A DNA stretch of 21,098 nucleotides from Clostridia bacterium (GTDB lineage Bacteria > Bacillota > Clostridia > UMGS1883 > UMGS1540). Below, piece by piece: positions 1-7,145 of the stretch. The notes below the pieces were generated by a model. That model was not told the origin of the DNA. It was given only the letters and a program-made list of their open reading frames with translations, and did no database searches. Numbering within the stretch: position 1 is the stretch's first letter; each line of letters starts with the position of its first letter. The translations under genes were made by a program, and so were the position numbers. The DNA lies in assembly GCA_045533905.1 (NCBI GenBank), contig JAZSIR010000015.1, forward strand, positions 1-21,098. The letters are read 5' to 3'.

Positions 1-4
1 AGAT

Positions 5-187
5 ATGCAAATAAAAGCTCCTGCCGTTCCTTACAAGGAAAGAATAGTAAATCGAATAAGAGAAAAATATTCTGTAAATGACGAGCTGGCAATATTGCGG
101 CAGAGAGACACGAAACCGGAAGAATTTGAGGAATACAATTCTTTTGTCGAGAAGGTCAAAGCCGAGGAAAGAAACAAGTTTGGTTGA
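5..187 (+). CDS. Small hypothetical protein, phage-like (probably 5'-truncated by the window edge)
   Basis: The frame is open to the window start. The sequence IREKYSVNDELAILRQRDTKPEEFEEYNSFVE resembles small gut-phage proteins (recognition from memory, not a search). Followed by a terminator. Confidence 0.6.
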   Translation: MQIKAPAVPYKERIVNRIREKYSVNDELAILRQRDTKPEEFEEYNSFVEKVKAEERNKFG

Positions 188-236
188 CAAACTAAAGCAT
201 TCGGAACACGTGCATAATACATGTAAAAATAACATA

Positions 237-272
237 AGGGTAGTGAGATTAAATTCTCCTACCCTATTTTTT
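237..272 (+). terminator. Intrinsic terminator after the phage-like ORF
   Basis: AGGGTAG-TGAGA..TCTC-CTACCCT stem followed by ATTTTTT. Confidence 0.7.
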
Positions 273-276
273 ACGG

Positions 277-341
277 TTTTCACATTTCTTTAAAACACAG
301 TTGAACTGGTATACTCTATATATTTTAAAGAAATATGAAAA
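277..341. repeat. Long inverted repeat (23-bp arms, 19-nt spacer)
   Basis: TTTTCACATTTCTTTAAAACACA (277-299) vs TATATTTTAAAGAAATATGAAAA (319-341). The 3 mismatches are all G-U pairs on the minus strand. Confidence 0.8.
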
Positions 342-415
342 GATTAAATTTGTAACAATACGACCGGTGAACCTTCTTGTTTAAAGTGTTTTTTTTACTC
401 CTTAAATTTCCTTTA

Positions 416-1474
416 TCACATCGTAAGCGCCTGTTTGCCGCAAGCACGGCATTTTTGGAAGCATTTATCGAGATTGAAGGCCACGCGCGGCAGATAGCCA
501 AAATCTTCTAAAAGCGTAAAAAGCGGAAAGAAAATGGCCATCGGCGGCAGCATCACGGAAACAACCCACGCTGTGACGCGATATGCGCCGAACACGAGCA
601 TATCCCGAAGCCACAGAGGAAGAAAGCAAAGCAGCTCGTAAAGCGGCGCCTCAAGGCCAAATAAAAGCTTAGACAGCCACGCCGAAGGGTAATTTGCCCC
701 TTCCAGTGTAATCCAGAAAATACCCATCAGAAGCAAAAACATAAGTGGAAATCCAAATGTTTTTCCCGTGAGCCATTTATCGATTTTTCTGTCTCTTTCA
801 ACTATCCCCTCGTGCGGTGTGCGCAGAACCTCTCGGCTTACTTCTTCCGCAAGACGTACAATCTCCGTAATATCCGGATTTTCTTCCCCGAATGAGAATC
901 CTTTCGGGGGCGTTTCCGCCACCTGCTTGACAGCGTCAAGTAGCCCTGAAAGGCCTGTACGCTTTCGCGCGGATGTGCCGACCACGGGCACACCAAGTTT
1001 TTCCGAAAGCGCCGGAAGGTCTATTTCGATATGTTTCTTTTTTGCTTCATCTAAAAGGTTTACACAAACGACCACGCTTGAAGTCGTGGCCAGAATCTGC
1101 AGTGCCAAAATGAGATTTCGCTCAAGACACGTGCCGTCGCATACCACAACAGTAACATCTGCCTCGCCTTCTAAAATAAAACCCCGCGTGACCTCTTCTT
1201 CGGCAGAATGCGCGGAAAGTGAGTAGCTGCCGGGTAAATCGACAATGATATACCCCTGATTTTCCGCATGCGCGTACCCCACGGCACTTGTGACCGTTTT
1301 CCCCGGCCAGTTTCCTGTGTGTTGCCGCATACCGGTAAGCGCATTAAAAACTGTACTTTTTCCTACATTTGGATTGCCCGCCAAGGCGACGACTACGTCC
1401 TGCGGGTCTTTCTTATTTATGTCAATACCGCAGTCGACTGCGGCTTTTCCGACGGATTGATTTGTAAGTCCCAT
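416..1474 (-). pseudogene. feoB: Ferrous iron transporter FeoB, 5' fragment (GTPase domain plus first membrane segments), interrupted
   Basis: GTPase motifs GNPNVGKS, TGNWPGKTV, DLPG and NLLD. Membrane motif LLEDFGYLPRVAFNLD. Stops at 352 aa (KQALTM*) just before the expected Gate motif (C)MGFGC; full FeoB is typically 600+ aa. Confidence 0.88.
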
Positions 1475-1477
1475 TCC

Positions 1478-1705
1478 CTACCCTTCGCTTTCTACCAAAA
1501 CTTTTGAAGCATCTTTCTTTCGAAGGGCAATGACTGCACCGCGCACAAGATATGCTGTGGGGTCGCCAAGTGGGCTTTTTCCAAGGCAAGTGAGAAGGGT
1601 GCCGTCTATAAGACCAATGTCACGAAGACGGATACTCATGCTGTCCTTCCCGGAAACTTTTTGAACCCGTCCCCTTTCTCCCTCCGAAAGCTCATACAGA
1701 TACAT
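1478..1705 (-). CDS. feoA: Ferrous iron transport protein A
   Basis: RLRDIGLIDG..SPLGDPTAYLVRGAVIALRKKDA FeoA signature. ATG at 1705 preceded by AAGGAG. Ends 3 bp before feoB. Confidence 0.93.
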   Translation of the reverse strand: MYLYELSEGERGRVQKVSGKDSMSIRLRDIGLIDGTLLTCLGKSPLGDPTAYLVRGAVIALRKKDASKVLVESEG

Positions 1706-1738
1706 TTTCTCATCTCCTTTCTTTTCGCTCTCATTTCT

Positions 1739-1767
1739 AAGATATGTCGAAAAGAAAGTTTTGGCTA
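1739..1767 (-). promoter_or_regulatory. Candidate feoAB promoter with overlapping Spo0A box
   Basis: TGTCGAA at 1745-1751 on + is an exact 0A-box consensus. Minus-strand CATATCTT (1739-1746) resembles a SigE/SigK -10. Alternative reading: a weak SigA promoter TAGCCA-17-TATCTT. Confidence 0.4.
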
Positions 1768-1790
1768 CTCGTAAGATACGGGAGAATGGC

Positions 1791-1821
1791 AAAAGGACCT
1801 GCAGTATCTGCAGGTTCTTTT
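1791..1821 (-). terminator. Intrinsic (bidirectional-type) terminator after ynbB
   Basis: AAAAGGACCTGCAG-TAT-CTGCAGGTTCTTTT. Confidence 0.85.
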
Positions 1822-1828
1822 CCGTAAA

Positions 1829-3082
1829 TTATTCTACTTTTAAAACTTCAGAAGCCGCCTTTAAAATAGCGAGCTTGCCGCTTTCATACGTAAGACCGCC
1901 CTGCATGTATGCAACATACGGCGGACGAATCGGCCCGTCTGCACTAATTTCAATAGAAGAGCCTTGCGTAAACGCACCGGCGGCCATGATTACAGCATCT
2001 GCATAACCGGGCATTGCCCAAGGTTCGGGCGAAACATGCGAATCTATGGGAGATGCTGCCTGCAGACCCTTGCAAAACGCAACAACACGCTCCGTGCTTC
2101 CAAAGCGGATGGCTTCGATAATATCGCTTCGCACTTCCCCTGGACGCGGGCACACATCATAGCCGAGTTTTTCCATCAGAGCGGCGCAGAAAACGGCGCA
2201 TTTTACCGCTTCGGCCACAACATGCGGCGCTAAGAAAAATCCAAGATACAAATCCTTCATAACACCGAAATTAGCACCGCCGTGAAGACCTAAGCCCGGT
2301 GCTGTAAGGCGGTCCGCCGCCAAACGGACATACTCCGCCTTTCCTGCAATATAGCCACCGGAAGGCGCCAGTCCGCCACCGGGATTTTTGATAAGGGAGC
2401 CTGCAAAAAGGTCCGCAAACGCCGGTTCTTCTGTGCCGACAAATTCACCGTAACAATTATCTACCAAAATCAGCACATCGCTTCTTCTTGCGCGGACAAA
2501 TTCTGCAAGGCTCGCCATATCCGCTACCGAAAAGCTTTCGCGCCAAGCATAGCCTTTGGAGCGTGTGATAAATACGGCTTTTACCTTCTCGTTTTTCAGT
2601 GCCTCTTCGATTTTTTCGTAATCGAAGGTGTCGTCTTTAAGTTCCACTTTATCGTACGAAATACCAAATTCCTTTAAGGAACCGCCCTCGTCACCGCAAA
2701 TGACATCCACAAGCGTATCGTATGGGTCCCCCGTTACGGAAAGAAGCATATCACCGGGGCGAAGTGCCGCAAAAAGCATAACCGTGAGTGTATGCGTACC
2801 GGAAATAAAGTGCGGACGCACAAGGGCCGCTTCCGTGCCGAACACATCGGCGAAAACTTCGTCTAATGTATCACGACCGACGTCATCATAGCCATAGCCG
2901 GAAGTGGGCATAAAATGCGCGGCACTGATTCTGTGCTTTCGAAACGCCGCGAGCACACGCGCCTGATTTATGCTTTCCCTTTTTTCGATTTCCGAAAACA
3001 GAGGACGAATGTCAGCCTCCACGGCGCTTGCCGCCTCGGCCGCACGCGCATCTATTCCAAGTTCTCTAAAAACTTCGTTCAA
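1829..3082 (-). CDS. ynbB: YnbB-family PLP-dependent enzyme (methionine gamma-lyase family / 'aluminium resistance' protein)
   Basis: Motifs GYGYDDVGRDTL, VRPHFISGTH, VDNCYGEF, PLP-lysine GSLIKNPGGG and MAAGAFTQGSSIEISADGP. TTG start overlaps the ACT gene stop. Confidence 0.9.
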   Translation of the reverse strand: MNEVFRELGIDARAAEAASAVEADIRPLFSEIEKRESINQARVLAAFRKHRISAAHFMPTSGYGYDDVGRDTLDEVFADVFGTEAALVRPHFISGTHTLTVMLFAALRPGDMLLSVTGDPYDTLVDVICGDEGGSLKEFGISYDKVELKDDTFDYEKIEEALKNEKVKAVFITRSKGYAWRESFSVADMASLAEFVRARRSDVLILVDNCYGEFVGTEEPAFADLFAGSLIKNPGGGLAPSGGYIAGKAEYVRLAADRLTAPGLGLHGGANFGVMKDLYLGFFLAPHVVAEAVKCAVFCAALMEKLGYDVCPRPGEVRSDIIEAIRFGSTERVVAFCKGLQAASPIDSHVSPEPWAMPGYADAVIMAAGAFTQGSSIEISADGPIRPPYVAYMQGGLTYESGKLAILKAASEVLKVE

Positions 3083-3510
3083 TTTCCGTACACAACCTCT
3101 CGTGATAATACCTCAATATTACCGTTTTTGAGGGCATTTAACGTCTTTTCGGGATCCTCTGTGCAGAGAATAGCGACGGCGCCGCTTGTAAGGTGGGCTG
3201 TGAATGCATACATGTATTCAATGCTAATTTCAGCCGCATCGAGTACCTGCATAACTTCGGCAAGGCTTCCCGGAGAATCCGTCAGCGGAACTGCGATAAC
3301 ATCCGTTACGCCAAACACAACGCCTGCCTCACGAAGTGCAGCCGAAGCTTCCTCGGGATTATTTACAATCAGGCGCAAAATGCCGAAATCCGTAGTGTCG
3401 GCAATAGACATCGCCTGCAGGTTAATATTTTTTTCTGCGAGAATACGGGCAATCTTTGCCATGCGCCCGGGTTTGTTTTCCACAAAAACTGAAATCTGCT
3501 GTACAAACAT
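3079..3510 (-). CDS. ACT-domain protein (double ACT, paaK-associated type)
   Basis: QQISVFVENKPGRM..LRLIV..DSPGSL..IEYMYAF. ATG at 3510 with AAGGAG RBS. Confidence 0.9.
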   Translation of the reverse strand: MFVQQISVFVENKPGRMAKIARILAEKNINLQAMSIADTTDFGILRLIVNNPEEASAALREAGVVFGVTDVIAVPLTDSPGSLAEVMQVLDAAEISIEYMYAFTAHLTSGAVAILCTEDPEKTLNALKNGNIEVLSREVVYGN

Positions 3511-3526
3511 GCGAATTTTCTCCTTT

Positions 3527-4834
3527 CTATGATAACAAACGCTTATCAATTACGCGCTTTGCCTTGCCTTCGCTTCTGGCAATGGTGCCGGGCTCTACGA
3601 GACGAACCTTGGCGCTGATACCGAGTACGCTGTCAAGACGGCTGCGGATTTTTGCACCGATATCTTCGAGGGTACGTACCTTATCAGAAAATACGCTTTC
3701 AGAAACTTCAATCTGTACTTCCATGATATCCAGATTATCTTTTCTGTCTACGATAATCATATAATGCGGAGACGTATCGCCTACATCTAAAAGCACGCTT
3801 TCAATCTGCGACGGGAATACGTTAACACCGCGGATAATAAGCATATCGTCTGTTCTTCCCGACGGCTTTGCCATACGGGCATGCGTTCTGCCGCATTCAC
3901 ATTTGGCGTGATTAAGACTCGAAACATCGTGTGTGCGGTAGCGAAGAAGCGGCAAGGCTTCCTTTGTAATGCAAGAGAATACCAATTCGCCGTTTACATT
4001 GTCTCCCATTTGCTGTTCTGTTTCGGGATCAATGATTTCCGGCAGGAAGTGGTCTTCCCAGATATGGAGACCGTTTTTATATTCGCAGTCCATGGAAACG
4101 CCGGGACCCATAACTTCACTGAGGCCATAAATGTCATGCGCATCAATGCCGAGGCTGCGCTCGATTTCTGCGCGCATCGGTTCGGTCCACGGTTCTGCGC
4201 CGAAAATACCGGTCTTCAGCTTCAAATCGCTCGGAGAAATGCCTGCTTTCTGGAGCGTTTCTGCAATATACAAAGCATAAGACGGCGTGCAGCAAAGTAC
4301 CGTAGTACCAAAATCCTGCATGACTGCAACCTGTCTTGCGGTGTTACCGGTAGAAGTCGGCACAACCGTAGCGCCGATTCTTTCTGCGCCGCCATGCGCA
4401 CCAAGGCCACCTGTGAAAAGGCCGTAACCGTACGAAACCTGGACTACCGAGCTTTTATCGGCGCCGGCCATGGTAAGGCACCGTGCCACGATTTCCGCCC
4501 ATGTGTCAAGGTCATTTTTTGTGTATCCTACAACTGTTTGTTTTCCGGTAGTACCGGAGGAAGCGTGAATACGCACTACCTCGTCCATCGGCACAGCAAA
4601 AAGCCCGAAGGGATAGGTGTCACGAAGGTCCTGCTTTGTTGTAAAGGGCAGCTTTACAATGTCAGCAGCCGTTTTAATATCTCCCGGCAAAACGCCAATC
4701 GCGTCCATTTTGGCACGATAGAAGGGCACGTTGTTATATACACGTTCTACTGTCTTTCTGAGATTTTCGGACTGAATCGCGAAAATCTCGTCGCGCGACA
4801 TAGACTCAATCTTTTCATTCCACATTTTGCTCAT
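3527..4834 (-). CDS. paaK: Phenylacetate-CoA ligase
   Basis: LPFTTKQDLRDTYPFG, AMP-binding HASSGTTGK, YGLSE, GRTDDMLIIRGVNVFPSQIE, GKAKRVID. RBS AAGGAG before ATG 4834. Confidence 0.95.
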   Translation of the reverse strand: MSKMWNEKIESMSRDEIFAIQSENLRKTVERVYNNVPFYRAKMDAIGVLPGDIKTAADIVKLPFTTKQDLRDTYPFGLFAVPMDEVVRIHASSGTTGKQTVVGYTKNDLDTWAEIVARCLTMAGADKSSVVQVSYGYGLFTGGLGAHGGAERIGATVVPTSTGNTARQVAVMQDFGTTVLCCTPSYALYIAETLQKAGISPSDLKLKTGIFGAEPWTEPMRAEIERSLGIDAHDIYGLSEVMGPGVSMDCEYKNGLHIWEDHFLPEIIDPETEQQMGDNVNGELVFSCITKEALPLLRYRTHDVSSLNHAKCECGRTHARMAKPSGRTDDMLIIRGVNVFPSQIESVLLDVGDTSPHYMIIVDRKDNLDIMEVQIEVSESVFSDKVRTLEDIGAKIRSRLDSVLGISAKVRLVEPGTIARSEGKAKRVIDKRLLS

Positions 4835-4839
4835 CGTAA

Positions 4840-5403
4840 TCACTCCTTATAGCCTAAAGCGAATGCTTTTTGGTTAATGTCCAAAAACTTCGGCGGCACC
4901 GTGCGCTCGATAGCGGCGAGCCATGCTTCCTTCGGGATATCTGTATGGGCGGCGAGTACGCCGATCAAAACAACGTTTACCGCCTTTTCGCTGCCGGCTT
5001 CGCGCGCTTTGGAAAGTGCATCTTCTGCCACAACATCCACACCCATTGCCGAAATTTTCCCGAGGATATCCGAAGGATATTCCATTTTCCCTGTAATTAC
5101 AGGCATCGGGTCTGTTTTCTGGGTGTTTACGAGAAGCTTGCCGCCTTTTTTGAGGTACGGCAGATAGCGATACGCCTCAAGTTCTTCAAACGCAAGTACA
5201 ATATCGGCTTCCCCTTCTTCGATGATCGGAGAATATACCTGTTCTCCGTATTTCACATAGGTAACAACGCTACCGCCACGCTGGGCCATACCGTGTACCT
5301 CAGATACCTTTACGTCATATCCCCCATCCTGCGCGACGCGCCCGAGGATTCTGCTTGCAAGGAGTGTTCCCTGTCCGCCTACACCGGCTATCAAAATATT
5401 CAT
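4840..5403 (-). CDS. iorB: Indolepyruvate:ferredoxin oxidoreductase subunit beta
   Basis: GVGGQGTLLAS..SEVHGMAQRGGSV. 4-bp overlap with iorA. Confidence 0.95.
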   Translation of the reverse strand: MNILIAGVGGQGTLLASRILGRVAQDGGYDVKVSEVHGMAQRGGSVVTYVKYGEQVYSPIIEEGEADIVLAFEELEAYRYLPYLKKGGKLLVNTQKTDPMPVITGKMEYPSDILGKISAMGVDVVAEDALSKAREAGSEKAVNVVLIGVLAAHTDIPKEAWLAAIERTVPPKFLDINQKAFALGYKE

Positions 5404-7130
5404 TTCGTTTCCTCCTTTGTGAGCGCACCGAATTTACATACATTCATGCAAAGACCGCAACCGTTGCAAAGCGTGGTATCAATCACAACGCCGTCTCTGT
5501 AGTTTATAGCAGGACATCCGATTTTCATACACATCTTGCACTTTTTGCACTTTTCCGCATCTACTTTCACGCAGCCGCCGTATTTTACGCTCTTGAGTAG
5601 TGCGCAGGGACGCTGTGCGATAATGACGGAAGGCTCGTCTTTGGAAACTTCTTCTTTTACAACCTTCTCAAAAGCATCTACATCAAACGGGTCAGCGATG
5701 CGAACGCTGTCAATGCCGATGGCGTGGCAAAGCGCTTCCAGGTCTACCTGCTTTGTAGGCTCGCCTTTCAGCGTAAGACCCGTAGTGGGGTTTTGCTGAT
5801 GCCCGGTCATACCCGTGATGGAGTTATCTAAGATAATCGTTGTGGATGTGCCTTTATTATACACAACGTTAATAAGACCCGTGATACCGGAATGCATAAA
5901 CGTACTGTCGCCGATAATCGCCACGGTTTTGGGGTCTTTGCCTGCGGCCATTTCCATACCATGCGCCATGCCGATGCCGGCACCCATGCAAACGCAGGTA
6001 TCAATGCTTTCAAGCGGTGCGAGTGCGCCGAGCGTATAACAGCCGATATCGCCCGTAACACGAAGACCGAGCTTTTTCAGCACATAATGCATACCGCGGT
6101 GCGGGCAACCCGGGCAAAGTACCGGCGGACGAACCGGAATGGCTTCTTCCGCTTTCTTTACTTCGACAGGTGCCTCGCCGAGGAGTTTTTCACGAATCAT
6201 CGCCGCCGTGATTTCGCCGCGAATCGGCAGAAGGGATTTGCCCTCTACCGGAATACCCATGCGCTTTACGTGGTTTTCAATAAACGGATCGAGTTCTTCT
6301 ACAACGTAGAGTTTTTCTACATTTTCTGCAAACTCGCGGATGATTTTTTCCGGAAGCGGGAATACCATACCGAGCTTTAAAAAGCTTGCATTCGGGATGG
6401 CTTCCTTCGCGTAGAAATATCCGGTACCTGCGGTAATAATACCGATTTTCTTATCGTTATATTCAATGCGATTGAGGTCCGAGGTTTCAGAAAATGCCGC
6501 CGCTTTTTCAAGGCGTTCTTCCACGACTACGTGTCTGCCGCGTGCCATAGCCGGCATCATAACATACTTCATGGCATCCTTTTCGTACGGCTTTACACCG
6601 ACTTCGACGCGGTCTGCAAGTTCCACAAGGCTCTGCGAGTGCGCAATGCGTGTGGAAAGGCGAAGGAGTACGGGCGAATCAAATTCTTCACTAAGCTCGA
6701 ACGCTTTCTTCATAAATTCTTTGCATTCGCCGCTATCAGAAGGTTCAAGCATTAAAACCTTTGCACTTTCTGCGTAATGACGGCTATCCTGCTCGTTCTG
6801 GGAGCTATGCATGCCGGGGTCATCCGCAACACAAATGACGAGACCGCCGCGCACGCCTGTGTAGCCGACCGTGAAAAGCGGGTCCGCCGCCACGTTAAGA
6901 CCCACGTGCTTCATGCAGGCACAGCTTCTTGCGCCGGCAATGGATGCGCCGATGGCCACTTCCAGTGCCACCTTTTCGTTCGGTGCCCATTCTGCATAAA
7001 TTTCATCATATTTTGCGGCATGTTCCGTAATCTCCGTACTCGGGGTGCCCGGATACGAGGAAAAAACTTTTGCGCCTGCTTCATATGCGCCGCGGGCAAT
7101 AGCCGCATTGCCAAGTAATAATTCTTTCAT
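5400..7130 (-). CDS. iorA: Indolepyruvate:ferredoxin oxidoreductase subunit alpha
   Basis: YPGTPSTE, MKHVGLNVAAD, SSQNEQD, CPGCPHR, TPP motif GDSTF..LDN, and C-terminal [4Fe-4S] Cys motifs. Confidence 0.95.
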   Translation of the reverse strand: MKELLLGNAAIARGAYEAGAKVFSSYPGTPSTEITEHAAKYDEIYAEWAPNEKVALEVAIGASIAGARSCACMKHVGLNVAADPLFTVGYTGVRGGLVICVADDPGMHSSQNEQDSRHYAESAKVLMLEPSDSGECKEFMKKAFELSEEFDSPVLLRLSTRIAHSQSLVELADRVEVGVKPYEKDAMKYVMMPAMARGRHVVVEERLEKAAAFSETSDLNRIEYNDKKIGIITAGTGYFYAKEAIPNASFLKLGMVFPLPEKIIREFAENVEKLYVVEELDPFIENHVKRMGIPVEGKSLLPIRGEITAAMIREKLLGEAPVEVKKAEEAIPVRPPVLCPGCPHRGMHYVLKKLGLRVTGDIGCYTLGALAPLESIDTCVCMGAGIGMAHGMEMAAGKDPKTVAIIGDSTFMHSGITGLINVVYNKGTSTTIILDNSITGMTGHQQNPTTGLTLKGEPTKQVDLEALCHAIGIDSVRIADPFDVDAFEKVVKEEVSKDEPSVIIAQRPCALLKSVKYGGCVKVDAEKCKKCKMCMKIGCPAINYRDGVVIDTTLCNGCGLCMNVCKFGALTKEETK

Positions 7131-7145
7131 ATTTTTCAGCTCCTT

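Larger units (their letters stand above)
1..415. mobile_element. Terminal segment of a putative integrated element (prophage-like) interrupting feoB
   Basis: Visibly AT-rich compared with the ~50% GC host genes. The boundary coincides with the premature stop of feoB at 416-418. Carries a phage-like ORF on the opposite strand to all host CDSs. No integrase in the window. Confidence 0.65.

Noticed and set aside
184-218. TTGACA...CATAAT possible promoter
   Set aside because: The 23-bp spacer is too long for SigA.
395-420. Group II intron or IS end as the cause of the feoB break
   Set aside because: The insert begins GTGAT/TGATA rather than GTGCG, and no RT or transposase or typical terminal repeat is visible.
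1755-1778. DtxR/MntR- or Fur-like operator upstream of feoA
   Set aside because: Only a poor match to GTTAG-N7-CTAAC, and no Fur-box dyad.
3881-4852. 323-aa plus-strand ORF (also 10720-11718, 12471-13172, 19987-20778 and others)
   Set aside because: Antisense shadows of well-conserved minus-strand genes, with no RBS or recognisable motifs.
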